DNA of 64,000 nt from Fimbriimonadia bacterium (GCA_041483895.1 JBGPGO010000006.1:128001-192000), one strand, 5' to 3'; positions 47,130-57,256 are shown, numbered from the stretch's first letter. Notes: generated by a model not told the origin, from the letters alone. Made by a program: numbers and translations.

Positions 47130-47669
47130 TTGCCCGCTCATGATGCGGAGTTCGAGTCGCTCGTGGTCCTTTATGAGCAGCGCATATTCAATGTTGTGTA
47201 CCGAATGGTGGACGACTACGATGAGGCGGCGGACGTTACACAGGAAGTGTTTGTCCGTGCTTTTAGAGCGTACGAGAGGTTTCGCGGCGAATCGCAACCG
47301 TACACTTGGCTGTACAGGATTGCGGTCAATCTCGTGCGTGACCACGTGGCGAAGCGCAAGCGCCGATCGGCGTTGGAATTCTCCCTAGAATCCGGGCATT
47401 CGGAGGGTTCGAGGGAGCTTGACATCGCTGACGACACGTATATGCCGGAGAGGTTGCTGGTAAAACAGGAGTTGCGAGTGCAGTTGGAAGGCGCAATTCA
47501 GGCCCTTCCCGACGGCTACAGGGAATGCATCCTGCTTCGGGAATTCGAATCGATGTCGTATCAGGAGATCGCCGAGTCCATGGATATAACGGTGGAAGCC
47601 GTTCGGAGTCGGCTGGCGAGGGCCCGGGGAATGATCCGGCGGAGGCTGGGGCCTTACCTCGAGGCGTAA
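47130..47669 (+). CDS. ECF RNA polymerase sigma factor (RpoE/SigW-like)
   Basis: AADVTQEVFVRAF, F.GES...TWLYRIAVN, LP..YR...LLRE...MSYQEIAE...AVRSRLARAR; GGAGG before TTG. Confidence 0.93.
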   Translation: MPAHDAEFESLVVLYEQRIFNVVYRMVDDYDEAADVTQEVFVRAFRAYERFRGESQPYTWLYRIAVNLVRDHVAKRKRRSALEFSLESGHSEGSRELDIADDTYMPERLLVKQELRVQLEGAIQALPDGYRECILLREFESMSYQEIAESMDITVEAVRSRLARARGMIRRRLGPYLEA

Positions 47670-47692
47670 ATTATGGAAGAGAAGGGAACAAC

Positions 47693-49606
47693 ATGAGAAA
47701 GGCGCTTCTGGCAGCAGGTTTGGTAGTGCTTTGCCAAGGAATGGCATCGGCCTCGTTGAAACTTCCCCTAGACGATTTTGTCGGATATCCGCGTCCCGCG
47801 GACGTGGTCACCCCCTGGGAACCGCGGCAGGGGCTTGGATTGGTGACCGAAGTGTTGATCAACGGTCTCAACAGGATCCGGCCCGAGGCGGTCAAGGGCG
47901 TCATGAAGCTTAAACCCGGCGAGCCGTACTCGGACCTGCAGCTCAAGGCGGATCAGGAAGCCATCCAGGGCTTGGGCTTTTTCCAGAACGTTTTGCCCCA
48001 TGCGGAGCCGATGAACACGGGCGTCCGGGTGGTTGTCGATGTGGTGGAGCATCCGATCATCCAAAAGATTTCGTTTTCCGGCAGCGTCCTTATCGCCGAC
48101 GCGGATCTACGAAAGGTGATGACCCTTCAAGAGGGGCAGGTCTATAACAGCAATTCGCAGCGAGCGGACCTTGCCAACATCAAGAACCTGTACGATAAAA
48201 AGGGGTATCTCGCTCAGATCGATTCGGCTGCATTTGTTCCTGGGCAGCCGGGTGTGTTCGATATCAAAATCGCGGTTGTGAAGGTCGCGGATATCAAGAT
48301 GATCGCCCATCACACTGTCAACGGGATCCGATACTACGAAACGGAAGACGGCAAACCCGTCACAATGAGTACGAAGCAGTACGTGGTACGTCGGGAGCTA
48401 AAAACGAGGGTCGGGGAGTACTTCAATCTGGAAACTTGGCGGAGGGACCTGTTTCGAATTTGGAATCTCGGCTTTTTCGATAGCGTGCAAGGGATGGATC
48501 CCACGTCGCCGGACATCGATACCATCGGAGTTGGAATCGATCTAGAGGAGCGGCGGACCGGTCAGGTCAACGTCGGCGCGAGCTACGGAGAGGTGCAGGG
48601 AGTAACGGGCTTCATCAAGCTTGAGGAAGCAAATCTATTCGGTCGAGGCCAGGGTGTATCGATCACCGCGTCGCGAGGCAGCACCAACTCTGGCTTCAGC
48701 CTCGACCTCGGCTACTCCAATCCCTGGATCGACGGTCGCCACACCGGCCTGACAGTCAATCTATACGATAAACTGATCTACCGATTCAGTTCGTCCTTCT
48801 TTGGCGGCGTCGGCGGCGACAACAATACTGACACGCGATATAATGAGCGGAGGACGGGCGGGTCGCTCAGCCTCTCCCGTCCGCTCGGAGAATTCCTTAC
48901 GATCTTTTCGGGATTTCGGATTGAATCCATCCGTACGAACAATGTGGCTACCAAGGAAGGGGATCAGTTCATTCAGCAAGACGGCAGCGTTGCCGCCGTC
49001 AACGCCGGATTCACGAACAACACGCGCGACCTTGATATCGATCCCGCCTCCGGCCACTATTTCAAGACAAGTTTGGAAGCGGGCGTTTCCAATATCACGG
49101 AGGTCGGCGGCGTGTTTTCCGGACTGAACGATCTGCTTGGCCGGAATAATTTCATTAAGGGCGCCCTTGATATGCGGTACTACTACTCACCGCAGGGCAG
49201 GCGCCTGAAACCGGACGACCTGCGGCACGTGATCGCCACGCGCGTGTATGCCGGTACAATCACCGGTACCATCCCGTTCTTTGAGCAATACTTCGCGGGC
49301 GGCTCGGACAGCATCCGCGGCTACCCGGAGGATCGCTTCTGGGGCAAGAATGTGGTGTACGCGAATTTCGAATATCGGTTCCCGCTCCAGAAGGCGATGT
49401 CGCTTGTTGGCTTTTTTGATTATGGCGACGCCTGGGGTGGGTACGATACGGTTAACACGTTTATACAATCGAGCTCATTCCAAGGGGAATTCGGCTATGG
49501 AGTCGGAATTCATTTTCGGACGCCGCTAGGACCGATTCGGTTGGATCTGGCGTTTAACAAAGACGGACACAATCGAACCCACTTTATGATTGGCCATGCG
49601 TTCTAG
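47693..49606 (+). CDS. bamA: Omp85/BamA outer membrane protein assembly factor (3 POTRA domains)
   Basis: Signal peptide, three POTRA-like repeats, EANLFGRGQ, GGSDSIRGY, TPLGPIRLDLA, terminal Phe. Confidence 0.9.
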   Translation: MRKALLAAGLVVLCQGMASASLKLPLDDFVGYPRPADVVTPWEPRQGLGLVTEVLINGLNRIRPEAVKGVMKLKPGEPYSDLQLKADQEAIQGLGFFQNVLPHAEPMNTGVRVVVDVVEHPIIQKISFSGSVLIADADLRKVMTLQEGQVYNSNSQRADLANIKNLYDKKGYLAQIDSAAFVPGQPGVFDIKIAVVKVADIKMIAHHTVNGIRYYETEDGKPVTMSTKQYVVRRELKTRVGEYFNLETWRRDLFRIWNLGFFDSVQGMDPTSPDIDTIGVGIDLEERRTGQVNVGASYGEVQGVTGFIKLEEANLFGRGQGVSITASRGSTNSGFSLDLGYSNPWIDGRHTGLTVNLYDKLIYRFSSSFFGGVGGDNNTDTRYNERRTGGSLSLSRPLGEFLTIFSGFRIESIRTNNVATKEGDQFIQQDGSVAAVNAGFTNNTRDLDIDPASGHYFKTSLEAGVSNITEVGGVFSGLNDLLGRNNFIKGALDMRYYYSPQGRRLKPDDLRHVIATRVYAGTITGTIPFFEQYFAGGSDSIRGYPEDRFWGKNVVYANFEYRFPLQKAMSLVGFFDYGDAWGGYDTVNTFIQSSSFQGEFGYGVGIHFRTPLGPIRLDLAFNKDGHNRTHFMIGHAF

Positions 49607-49629
49607 GGCTGTATGAGGAGGAAGAATAG

Positions 49630-50262
49630 ATGAACGGTTTTTGGAAAGGTGTGCTAGCCGGCGCGGCTGCGGTCGTCGCAGTACTTACCGTGATGGCATT
49701 CGAACAGACCGCGCCAAAGGTCGGCAATGTCGATCTGGATCGTGTTGTTCGGGAAAGCAAAGTCGGTAAAGAGGCGGAGGGCAAGTTCAATACCGAGACG
49801 CGAGTCCGCAACGAGATTCTTCAGCACTTTGACTTGAATCGCTGCTACGACGAGCAGCAACAAAAAGAAGTGGCGGACCTGTGGCTCAAGACGAACCGCA
49901 CGCCGGACGAAGAAAAGCGGCTGGGTGTTCTCAAGGACACCGGGCTCAACATGCAAAAGGAGCTCTTGACGTACTCGCAAAAGACCACCCCCCTTACGCC
50001 GGAAGAAAAGACCCGATTTGAAGACTTGCAGCGCAGGGCCAGCATGATGAGCCAGGTGACGCTGCGGCGCATGCAGGCGGAATTTGAGGACAAGCTCAGC
50101 GAGATGCGCAAGGAGTCACTGACCGGCATCATCGCGAAAGTCAAAGTCGCGGTCCAAAAGATCGGCAAGGAGCAGGGATTTACCATGATTCTCGATTCGC
50201 AGTACGCTCCCTATACGATGGTGGACATCTCCGATCTCGTGCTGAAGGAGCTGGACAAATAG
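49630..50262 (+). CDS. skp: OmpH/Skp family chaperone
   Basis: KVGNVDLDRV, coiled coil, IGKEQGFTMILD, DISDLVLKEL; follows bamA. Confidence 0.85.
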   Translation: MNGFWKGVLAGAAAVVAVLTVMAFEQTAPKVGNVDLDRVVRESKVGKEAEGKFNTETRVRNEILQHFDLNRCYDEQQQKEVADLWLKTNRTPDEEKRLGVLKDTGLNMQKELLTYSQKTTPLTPEEKTRFEDLQRRASMMSQVTLRRMQAEFEDKLSEMRKESLTGIIAKVKVAVQKIGKEQGFTMILDSQYAPYTMVDISDLVLKELDK

Positions 50263-50324
50263 CTTGTCCGATTCGATTCTCCTTTCACGGATTCGGGGGC
50301 GTTGTCGCGCCCCCGATTGTTCTC

Positions 50325-51287
50325 TTGTGCCTGATTTGCGCGGGGTGTTCTCGGCCTTCTGTGCGAACCGTTTTTGTGGATTTTGACAAGGCGTGGGCGG
50401 CCAGAAGCCAAAAACCGGAGGAGTGGGCCGCCAAGCTAGACAATCGCCAAGTGGCCCCGGCAGTCCAGCCCGCGAAAAACCTGCGAACCGAAGTAAAGCT
50501 GGAGCCGATTTCCACTTCGGCAGGAATGACTGCCGCGCTAGAAGCCCGGAGGCAGCGAGCCCTTGCGACCACTCGCGACCTGCGACTCGCGATGGAGCAG
50601 GAACTCCGCAACAGCGCGACTCGGCACGCGGCCCGGGAGGCGGAACGCAAGAGGGCGGAACTAACGGAAAAGTCTGACATCGAGTCGCTGACAATCTTTG
50701 ATAAGCTCCGCGAAGAAATGACATCGGTGGCATATCGCTACGCCGACATCAAGGGGCCGCTCTTGCGCAGGAAGGTTGTGCTGACCGCGGATGGCGCTGG
50801 CGCGCCGCGACCGGCCTCTTTCGACAAGGAGTTGGCCGAGGTCCAGGGCGCGCTGGACAAGGCGGACGCGTCCCAGCGAGTAGAAGCGCAGGCGCTCCAG
50901 GCGAAGGCGGACAAAGAATCGAAGGGTCTGTACTCCAACATCGACACCTTGGTGGCCGAGCATGTCCAGCGCCTTTTGGCCGAGCGGCTCCAGTCAATCG
51001 AAGACAAGCTGTCCAAAGAGAACTTCGACCTCAATCTCATTTTGCCGGACAAGCCGCTGACGCCGGAGATATCGACGGGCGAAGAGTCGATCCATTTCCA
51101 TCCATTGAGCAAGGCGGAAACAGCCACGACAGGGACGGGCGCAAGACAGCAATGGGAGTCTATTGCGCGGGAATCTTTGCGGCGGGAGATCGAGCTTTGG
51201 GTGAAGGCGAAAGGATGGCGGCTGTCCTCCACGCGTGCGGGGGCGGCGGACGTCACCCAACAGTTTATCGAGGAAACCGCTCAGTGA
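50325..51287 (+). CDS. Coiled-coil putative lipoprotein, divergent Skp-like (true start probably further upstream)
   Basis: ICAGC, VFVDFDKAW, long coiled coil, AKGWRL...DVTQQFIEE; GTGA overlap with lpxD. Confidence 0.65.
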   Translation: MCLICAGCSRPSVRTVFVDFDKAWAARSQKPEEWAAKLDNRQVAPAVQPAKNLRTEVKLEPISTSAGMTAALEARRQRALATTRDLRLAMEQELRNSATRHAAREAERKRAELTEKSDIESLTIFDKLREEMTSVAYRYADIKGPLLRRKVVLTADGAGAPRPASFDKELAEVQGALDKADASQRVEAQALQAKADKESKGLYSNIDTLVAEHVQRLLAERLQSIEDKLSKENFDLNLILPDKPLTPEISTGEESIHFHPLSKAETATTGTGARQQWESIARESLRREIELWVKAKGWRLSSTRAGAADVTQQFIEETAQ

Positions 51288-52306
51288 TCACGCTCGCCGA
51301 GCTTGCGGAGCTTGTGGGCGGACGGGTTTTCGGTGACGGCGGCACGAACATCCGGACCATGAACACCCCCGATCGGGCGGTCGCCGGGGACCTGGTTTTC
51401 GCCACCGACGACAGGTGGCTGGCCGCGGCGGAAGCGTCGCAGGCCTCGGCGATTTTGACGAGCGTGGATGCGGGCGCGGGCAAGCCGAAGCTCGTTGTCG
51501 TAGATGTGCGGCAGGCGACTCAGCAGCTGCTCGGAGTATTTGCACGGACCTACCATCCGGAAATCGGCATTCATCCGCTCGCTTTCGTTTCGCCGACCGC
51601 TACCCTGGCATCCGATGTTGCCGTCGGTCCTTTCGCATGCATTCTCGACAGTGCTGTTCTCGGTTCCGGCGTCGTCGTCCATCCATTTGTCTATGTGGGC
51701 GACGGATGCACCATCGGGAATGACACCGTGCTGTTTCCCGGCGCGAAGCTGATGCCGCACAGCGTTGTCGGTAGCCGATGCAATCTGCACGCCGGCTGTG
51801 TCATCGGAGAAGCGGGTTTCGGATACGTGCCGGATGGCGGCCAACACCGGCGGATTCCGCAGATCGGCCACGTTGCGATCGGGGACGATGTGGATGTCGG
51901 CGCAAACACGACGATCGATCGTGCTATGGTCGGCGCCACCATTGTCGGAGACGGCACTAAAATCGATAATTTGGTGCAGATCGGTCACAACGTTCGCATC
52001 GGCAGCAACTGCATCATCGTTGCGCAGGTGGCCATCGGAGGCAGCGCGAAAATCGGCGACAACGTCGTTCTCGGTGGTCAGACCGGTGTCGCCGAGCATC
52101 TCGAGATTGCCGCGGGCGTCCGAACGGGTGGCGGAACCGGGGTGGCCCGATCCCTTCGGAATCCCGGCGACTATTGGGGGTTCCCCGCCCGACCGATGAA
52201 GGACACTTTGGCGGCGATGGCCGCGACGAATCGCGCCCCGAAAATGGCGCAAGAGGTGGCGGAGCTGCGACGCCGGTTGGAGGAGTTGGAGAAGCGACTT
52301 GGTTGA
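51284..52306 (+). CDS. lpxD: UDP-3-O-acyl-glucosamine N-acyltransferase
   Basis: TLAELAEL.GG, hexapeptide repeats, GFGY, IPQIG, TIDRA, TKIDNLVQIGHNV. Confidence 0.95.
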   Translation: MITLAELAELVGGRVFGDGGTNIRTMNTPDRAVAGDLVFATDDRWLAAAEASQASAILTSVDAGAGKPKLVVVDVRQATQQLLGVFARTYHPEIGIHPLAFVSPTATLASDVAVGPFACILDSAVLGSGVVVHPFVYVGDGCTIGNDTVLFPGAKLMPHSVVGSRCNLHAGCVIGEAGFGYVPDGGQHRRIPQIGHVAIGDDVDVGANTTIDRAMVGATIVGDGTKIDNLVQIGHNVRIGSNCIIVAQVAIGGSAKIGDNVVLGGQTGVAEHLEIAAGVRTGGGTGVARSLRNPGDYWGFPARPMKDTLAAMAATNRAPKMAQEVAELRRRLEELEKRLG

Positions 52307-53099
52307 GCGCAACACGGTTGGCGCCGAGCTGACCTGGAGCGGAGTCGGCGTCCACACCGGTCAACCCTGCTCCGTATGCGTCCGTCCTTGGCGGCAGGGT
52401 CTCGCTCTTCGCATCGGACCGGACAGAATTCCTATTACCCCCGAATTGGCCTGTGAAGACTTCCGATGTACGGGCCTGGAGGCCAATGGAGTGCGCATCA
52501 AAACCGTCGAGCATCTGCTGGCCGCGCTCAACGGGCTGGGGGTCACCGACGCGGAGATTGAGGTCGAGGGACCGGAGCTGCCGATCTTGGATGGCAGCGC
52601 CTACCCCTACGCCGAACAGATTTGGGATCGTGGGCTGGAGCCTCTTCCCTCCACCGACAGACCGCCGGCAGCTCCATTTTCGCTGATAAAGAGTGATTCG
52701 CGAATCAATGTGGCGGCAGGATTTGGATTCCTCTCCGTTTCTATCAACTTCGAGAATCCGGCGATCGGGGATCAGAACCTTATGCTGGAGCTTACTCCAG
52801 AGCGATTCATGAAGGAGATTGCGCCTGCGCGGACGTTTGGTTTCATGGAAGAGGCGGAGCGTCTGCGAGCCGCAGGGTTTGCCCAAGGAGCAACTTTGGA
52901 GAACACCGTGGTATTCTCCGTGGACGGTCCGATGGGAGTCCTTCGGTTCCCCGATGAGCCGGTCCGTCACAAGATGCTGGACCTCATCGGCGATCTTGTA
53001 CTTTCCGGACGAAGCATATACGAGTTGGACGTTGGGGCCGAGCGCCCCGGACATGCAATCAATACCGATGCCGCGCGGCGTCTTTTTATAGGAGGGTAG
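52299..53099 (+). CDS. lpxC: UDP-3-O-acyl-GlcNAc deacetylase
   Basis: GVGVHTG, TVEHLLAAL, PILDGSA, IAPARTFGF, RHKMLDLIGDL. Confidence 0.95.
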   Translation: MVERNTVGAELTWSGVGVHTGQPCSVCVRPWRQGLALRIGPDRIPITPELACEDFRCTGLEANGVRIKTVEHLLAALNGLGVTDAEIEVEGPELPILDGSAYPYAEQIWDRGLEPLPSTDRPPAAPFSLIKSDSRINVAAGFGFLSVSINFENPAIGDQNLMLELTPERFMKEIAPARTFGFMEEAERLRAAGFAQGATLENTVVFSVDGPMGVLRFPDEPVRHKMLDLIGDLVLSGRSIYELDVGAERPGHAINTDAARRLFIGG

Positions 53100-53102
53100 G
53101 GC

Positions 53103-53564
53103 TTGAAAACCGATTTCGCGATGGATGTGGAACAGCTCCAGCGCGTCCTTCCGCACCGCTACCCATTCTTGTTGGTGGATAGAGTCCTGGAGGTCGAGCC
53201 GGGGAAACGGGCGGTCGGCCTCAAGAATGTGACGATCAACGAGCAGTTCTTCAATGGGCACTTCCCCGGCCAACCGATTATGCCGGGCGTGTTGGTGTTG
53301 GAAGCGATGGCGCAAGCGGGGGCCGTCATCATGCTATCCCTGCCGGAGCAGAGCAGAAAGATAGCCTTGATCATTGGGTTTGAGAATGTTCGATTTCGCA
53401 AGCAGGTTATCCCTGGCGATACGCTGATCACAGAGGTGAACCTGCTTTGGTTCAAACGCAACATCGGCAAGATCTCCATGCAAGGACGCGTCAATGGCGA
53501 GATCGCCGCCGAGGGAGAGCTTTCCTTCGCACTCACCGAGCGCCGAAACGAGGACGGAATCTGA
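53103..53564 (+). CDS. fabZ: 3-hydroxyacyl-ACP dehydratase
   Basis: LPHRYPFLLVD, NE.FF.GHFP..PIMPGVL..EAMAQ. Confidence 0.97.
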   Translation: MKTDFAMDVEQLQRVLPHRYPFLLVDRVLEVEPGKRAVGLKNVTINEQFFNGHFPGQPIMPGVLVLEAMAQAGAVIMLSLPEQSRKIALIIGFENVRFRKQVIPGDTLITEVNLLWFKRNIGKISMQGRVNGEIAAEGELSFALTERRNEDGI

Positions 53565-54353
53565 TTGGCTGAAATCCATCCGACCGCCATCGTGGATTCA
53601 AAGGCCGATCTGGACGCTGATGTCCGGATCGGCCCGTTCTGCGTTGTCGAGGAGGATGTGGTGCTTGGGGCGGGCACGTCGCTTGGGCCCGGGGTGCATA
53701 TTTGCCGGTGGACTCGGTTGGGAAAGAACAACGTGGTTCATCAAGGTTCGATTCTCGGCGGGCCGCCGCAAGACAGAAAGTACAGCGGCGAGCGCAGCTT
53801 CTTGGAGATCGGGGACGACAACGTGTTCCGGGAGTTCGTTTCCCTGCACCGGGGCTCGGGCGAGGACACGAAGACCACAATCGGCGATGACAACTATCTG
53901 ATGGCCTATTGCCATGTTGGGCACAACTGCGCGATCGGCAACCAGGTGACGATGGCGAACGGGGTCGGTGTGTCTGGGCATGTTTCGATTGAGGACATGG
54001 CAAACATTGGCGGCCTTACCGGCATCCATCAATTCGTGCGCATCGGCAAGGTGACGATGATCGGGGGAATGTCTCGGATTGTTAAAGACGTTCCGCCGTT
54101 TATGCTGATGGAGGGGAATCCGGCGGAGGTAAGGGACATCAACGCCGTGGGCCTGCGGCGTATTGGGGTAACGAAGGAGGCCCGCATGGCGCTGCATAAG
54201 GCGTGCAAGCTGCTTTTTCGATCTTCCATGGGAATGACCCACGCGGTCCAGACGGTAAAGCGCGAGGTGCAGATGTGCGATGAGGTGGAGTATCTGCTGA
54301 AGTTCGTCGCGGGCACCTTGAAGGGTCGGTTCGGCCGCCAAGAACAGGCGTGA
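53565..54353 (+). CDS. lpxA: Acyl-ACP--UDP-GlcNAc O-acyltransferase
   Basis: IHPTAIV, PQDRKY, REFVSLHRG, MAYCHVGHNC, HQFVRIG, N.VGLRR. Confidence 0.96.
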   Translation: MAEIHPTAIVDSKADLDADVRIGPFCVVEEDVVLGAGTSLGPGVHICRWTRLGKNNVVHQGSILGGPPQDRKYSGERSFLEIGDDNVFREFVSLHRGSGEDTKTTIGDDNYLMAYCHVGHNCAIGNQVTMANGVGVSGHVSIEDMANIGGLTGIHQFVRIGKVTMIGGMSRIVKDVPPFMLMEGNPAEVRDINAVGLRRIGVTKEARMALHKACKLLFRSSMGMTHAVQTVKREVQMCDEVEYLLKFVAGTLKGRFGRQEQA

Positions 54354-55480
54354 ACCGGCCGCTGATCTGGATCTCCGCCGGCGAGGCGTCGGGGGATTTA
54401 GTGGGTTCTCTTTTGGTCCCCGAGCTGCGGAAGCTGCTTCCCTCATGCCGGATTGAGGCGGTTGGCGGCGCAAAATTGTACAGCGTTTGCGATGAAATGT
54501 TGGACATTTCTACCGATTGGGGAGCTATCGGCATTGCGCGATCTCTCCCCAAGGTTCCTCGCCTGTATTTCTCTTATGTCATGCTCAGGGATCGGGCCCG
54601 GCATACAAAACCGGACCTTGTCATTCCGATCGACTTCGGGGCATTCAACGTACCGCTTGCGCGACGGGTGCGGCGGATCGGGTCCAAAGTTCTGTACTAT
54701 ATGCCGCCGGGATCGTGGAGGAAAGACAAGCAGGGGTCGGACCTGCCTGCGGTTGCGGACCGGATAGCCACGCCATTTGCCTGGTCTGCCGACCTACTGA
54801 GCAAGATGGGCGCGAACGCCGCTTGGGTCGGCCATCCGCTCCTAGATTTGTTCAAAGGCGTGACGTTCGGTCCAAGAAATTCGGTTGTCGCCGTGCTGCC
54901 CGGGAGCCGCGATCATGAGGTGCGGTCGAATCTGCCGACGATCGCCAAGGCCTGCCGCTTGCTTCAATCCTCCACTGATGCCGTTCGGTTTACAATTTTG
55001 CGAAGCCCGACGGTAGACGAGGAGTCTCTCCGACGCGACTGGAGCCAATGCGCCAACATGCCGGCAGACATCGCGGACGGCCCCAATCCCGAAATCCTGG
55101 CAAGGGCCCGGGCGGCGATCATCTGCTCCGGCTCCGCCACACTGGAGGCTGCAATTGCCGGATGCCCGATGGTTGTCGTCTACAAAGGCGACTGGAACAT
55201 GCAGCTTGAGTATAAGATCAGACAGCCAAAGTTCGACTTTATCGCCTTACCCTCCATTTTGCTTGGCCGCCAGGTGTGCACCGAGCTGATCCAAGAAGCG
55301 GCCGCGCCGGAGCGCATCGCGCAAGAAGTGCTCGCCGTCTACCAAGACGGCGGCCCACGATACATCCAACGAAAGGACCTGGAGGCGGTGGTCGAGCAAC
55401 TCGGATCGCCGGGCGCATCGGAGCGGACGGCGCAATTGGCCCTGGAACTTTTGTCGGGTCGGCGGGCGGAAGGTTGCTAG
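54350..55480 (+). CDS. lpxB: Lipid-A-disaccharide synthase
   Basis: SAGEASGD, ID.GAFN, WVGHPL, LPGSR..EV, SGSATLE. Confidence 0.9.
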   Translation: MNRPLIWISAGEASGDLVGSLLVPELRKLLPSCRIEAVGGAKLYSVCDEMLDISTDWGAIGIARSLPKVPRLYFSYVMLRDRARHTKPDLVIPIDFGAFNVPLARRVRRIGSKVLYYMPPGSWRKDKQGSDLPAVADRIATPFAWSADLLSKMGANAAWVGHPLLDLFKGVTFGPRNSVVAVLPGSRDHEVRSNLPTIAKACRLLQSSTDAVRFTILRSPTVDEESLRRDWSQCANMPADIADGPNPEILARARAAIICSGSATLEAAIAGCPMVVVYKGDWNMQLEYKIRQPKFDFIALPSILLGRQVCTELIQEAAAPERIAQEVLAVYQDGGPRYIQRKDLEAVVEQLGSPGASERTAQLALELLSGRRAEGC

Positions 55481-55510
55481 TTCCCTGCCCTGTATGCTAC
55501 GGTGTAGTCC

Positions 55511-57253
55511 ATGCCAACGGTTGAACGCCGCGTTGTCAGGCTGGTAAAGGGGGAGTGGAAGGCCCTCACGATCGGCCTTTTGTGCACCGTTGGGGTTGCG
55601 GGCGTCGAATTCGCGATCGCCAAGCTGATCCAGTATTTCGTTGATTTGGCCACACACAAAGACCTAGCGGGGCTGGACCGATTGATGGCCGTGGTGTTCC
55701 TTGTGGCCGCATGCCGCTATTTCCTCACCAGCGGGCAGCTCTATTACATGGTTCTGGCCGGCCAGAACATGAGCCGAAAGCTCCGCCAACAGATATTCCG
55801 CCACATGCAGCATTTGCCGCTCTCGTTCTTCCAATCCAAGCAGTCCGGTGCGCTGCAGAGCACGATTACCATCGATGTTAACCTGGTTGAGAACAGCACA
55901 AAGCTGGCGCGCGACCTGATTAGCGAACCGGTCAAGGTGATCGGCGGCCTGATCTATATCTTCGTTCTCAACTGGCGCCTCGCATCGGTTGCGCTGCTCG
56001 CGATGCCGTTTATGCTGTACGTCATCATCCGGCGCGGGCGCAAGATTCGCAGGATTACACAGGATCTGCAGGACCGGTATGGCAGCTTCGTTTCCGTGTT
56101 GGAAGAGGCGCTGCGCGGCATACGGATCATCAAAGCGTTCGGCATGGAAAAGTATGAGATCGCCCGGTTTGAAGAGCAAAACAATGCCGCATTTCGAACC
56201 AGCATGCACGTGCAAAAGAAGATCGCGAGCATCAAGCCGCTGGTAGAACTGCTCGGGACGGTGGGAATTGCCGCGGTGTTGTGGATCGGCGGTCGCGATG
56301 TGGCTCGGGGAGCGATGAGCGGCGGCGAGCTGATGGGATTTCTGTATGTTGTGCATATGATGGTGACTGCGGCCAGCGGCGTGGGACAGATGAACGCAAC
56401 GCGGAGCCAGGTGCTGGCGGCGGCCGAACGGATCTATCGCGAAGTGCTCGATGTGGTGAGCGATTTGACGGACAAACCGGATGCCCCGCCGTTGCCGCCG
56501 CTCGTGGGCCACATCGAATTCCGGAACGTGACCTTCCGCTATCCCGACGGCACCGAGGCCCTCTCCGATGTGTCTTTTACCATCCAACCGGGCGAATCCA
56601 TTGCGGTAGTTGGGGAAAGCGGCGCGGGCAAGAGCACGATGGCGGACCTGCTGCTGCGATTCTATGACCCAATCGCCGGGCAAGTATTGATTGATGGATT
56701 TGATTTGCGCGATGTCACGCAGGGATCTATACGCAATCAGATCGGCGTAGTGCCGCAAACCACGCTTCTGTTCTCGGGCAGCATCCGCGAAAACATCCGA
56801 TACGGCAAGCCGGACGCGACGGAAGAGGAGATCGACGCCGCGGTTTCGGCGGCCCATCTCACACGATTCGTGGAGCGGCGCGAAGACGGGCTGGATTCGG
56901 CGCTCGGCGGCCGGGCCGATGGGCTTTCCGGCGGCGAAGGGCAACGAGTGGCCATCGCACGGGCGCTCATCCGCAAGCCAGCGATTCTTCTTTTGGATGA
57001 GGCGACTTCCGCGCTCGATTCGGTATCCGAACGGTCTGTGCAAGAGGCCGTGGAAGAGAATAAGAATCAGCGGACCGTTGTTCTCATCGCCCACCGGCTC
57101 AGCACGGCGGCGCGGGCGGATCGGGTCTTGGTGTTCCATCGCGGGCGGCTGGTGGAGCAGGGCACGCACACGGAGCTGCTTGCCTTGGACGGCGAATACA
57201 CCCGTCTCTACCGCGCCTATTCCCATGGCATTGTGGATATGGCGGTTTCCTAA
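55511..57253 (+). CDS. msbA: Lipid A export ABC transporter (MsbA-like)
   Basis: TMD plus NBD (GESGAGKST, LSGGEGQR, LLDEATSALD, IAHRLST); directly after lpxB. Confidence 0.8.
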   Translation: MPTVERRVVRLVKGEWKALTIGLLCTVGVAGVEFAIAKLIQYFVDLATHKDLAGLDRLMAVVFLVAACRYFLTSGQLYYMVLAGQNMSRKLRQQIFRHMQHLPLSFFQSKQSGALQSTITIDVNLVENSTKLARDLISEPVKVIGGLIYIFVLNWRLASVALLAMPFMLYVIIRRGRKIRRITQDLQDRYGSFVSVLEEALRGIRIIKAFGMEKYEIARFEEQNNAAFRTSMHVQKKIASIKPLVELLGTVGIAAVLWIGGRDVARGAMSGGELMGFLYVVHMMVTAASGVGQMNATRSQVLAAAERIYREVLDVVSDLTDKPDAPPLPPLVGHIEFRNVTFRYPDGTEALSDVSFTIQPGESIAVVGESGAGKSTMADLLLRFYDPIAGQVLIDGFDLRDVTQGSIRNQIGVVPQTTLLFSGSIRENIRYGKPDATEEEIDAAVSAAHLTRFVERREDGLDSALGGRADGLSGGEGQRVAIARALIRKPAILLLDEATSALDSVSERSVQEAVEENKNQRTVVLIAHRLSTAARADRVLVFHRGRLVEQGTHTELLALDGEYTRLYRAYSHGIVDMAVS

Positions 57254-57256
57254 AAG

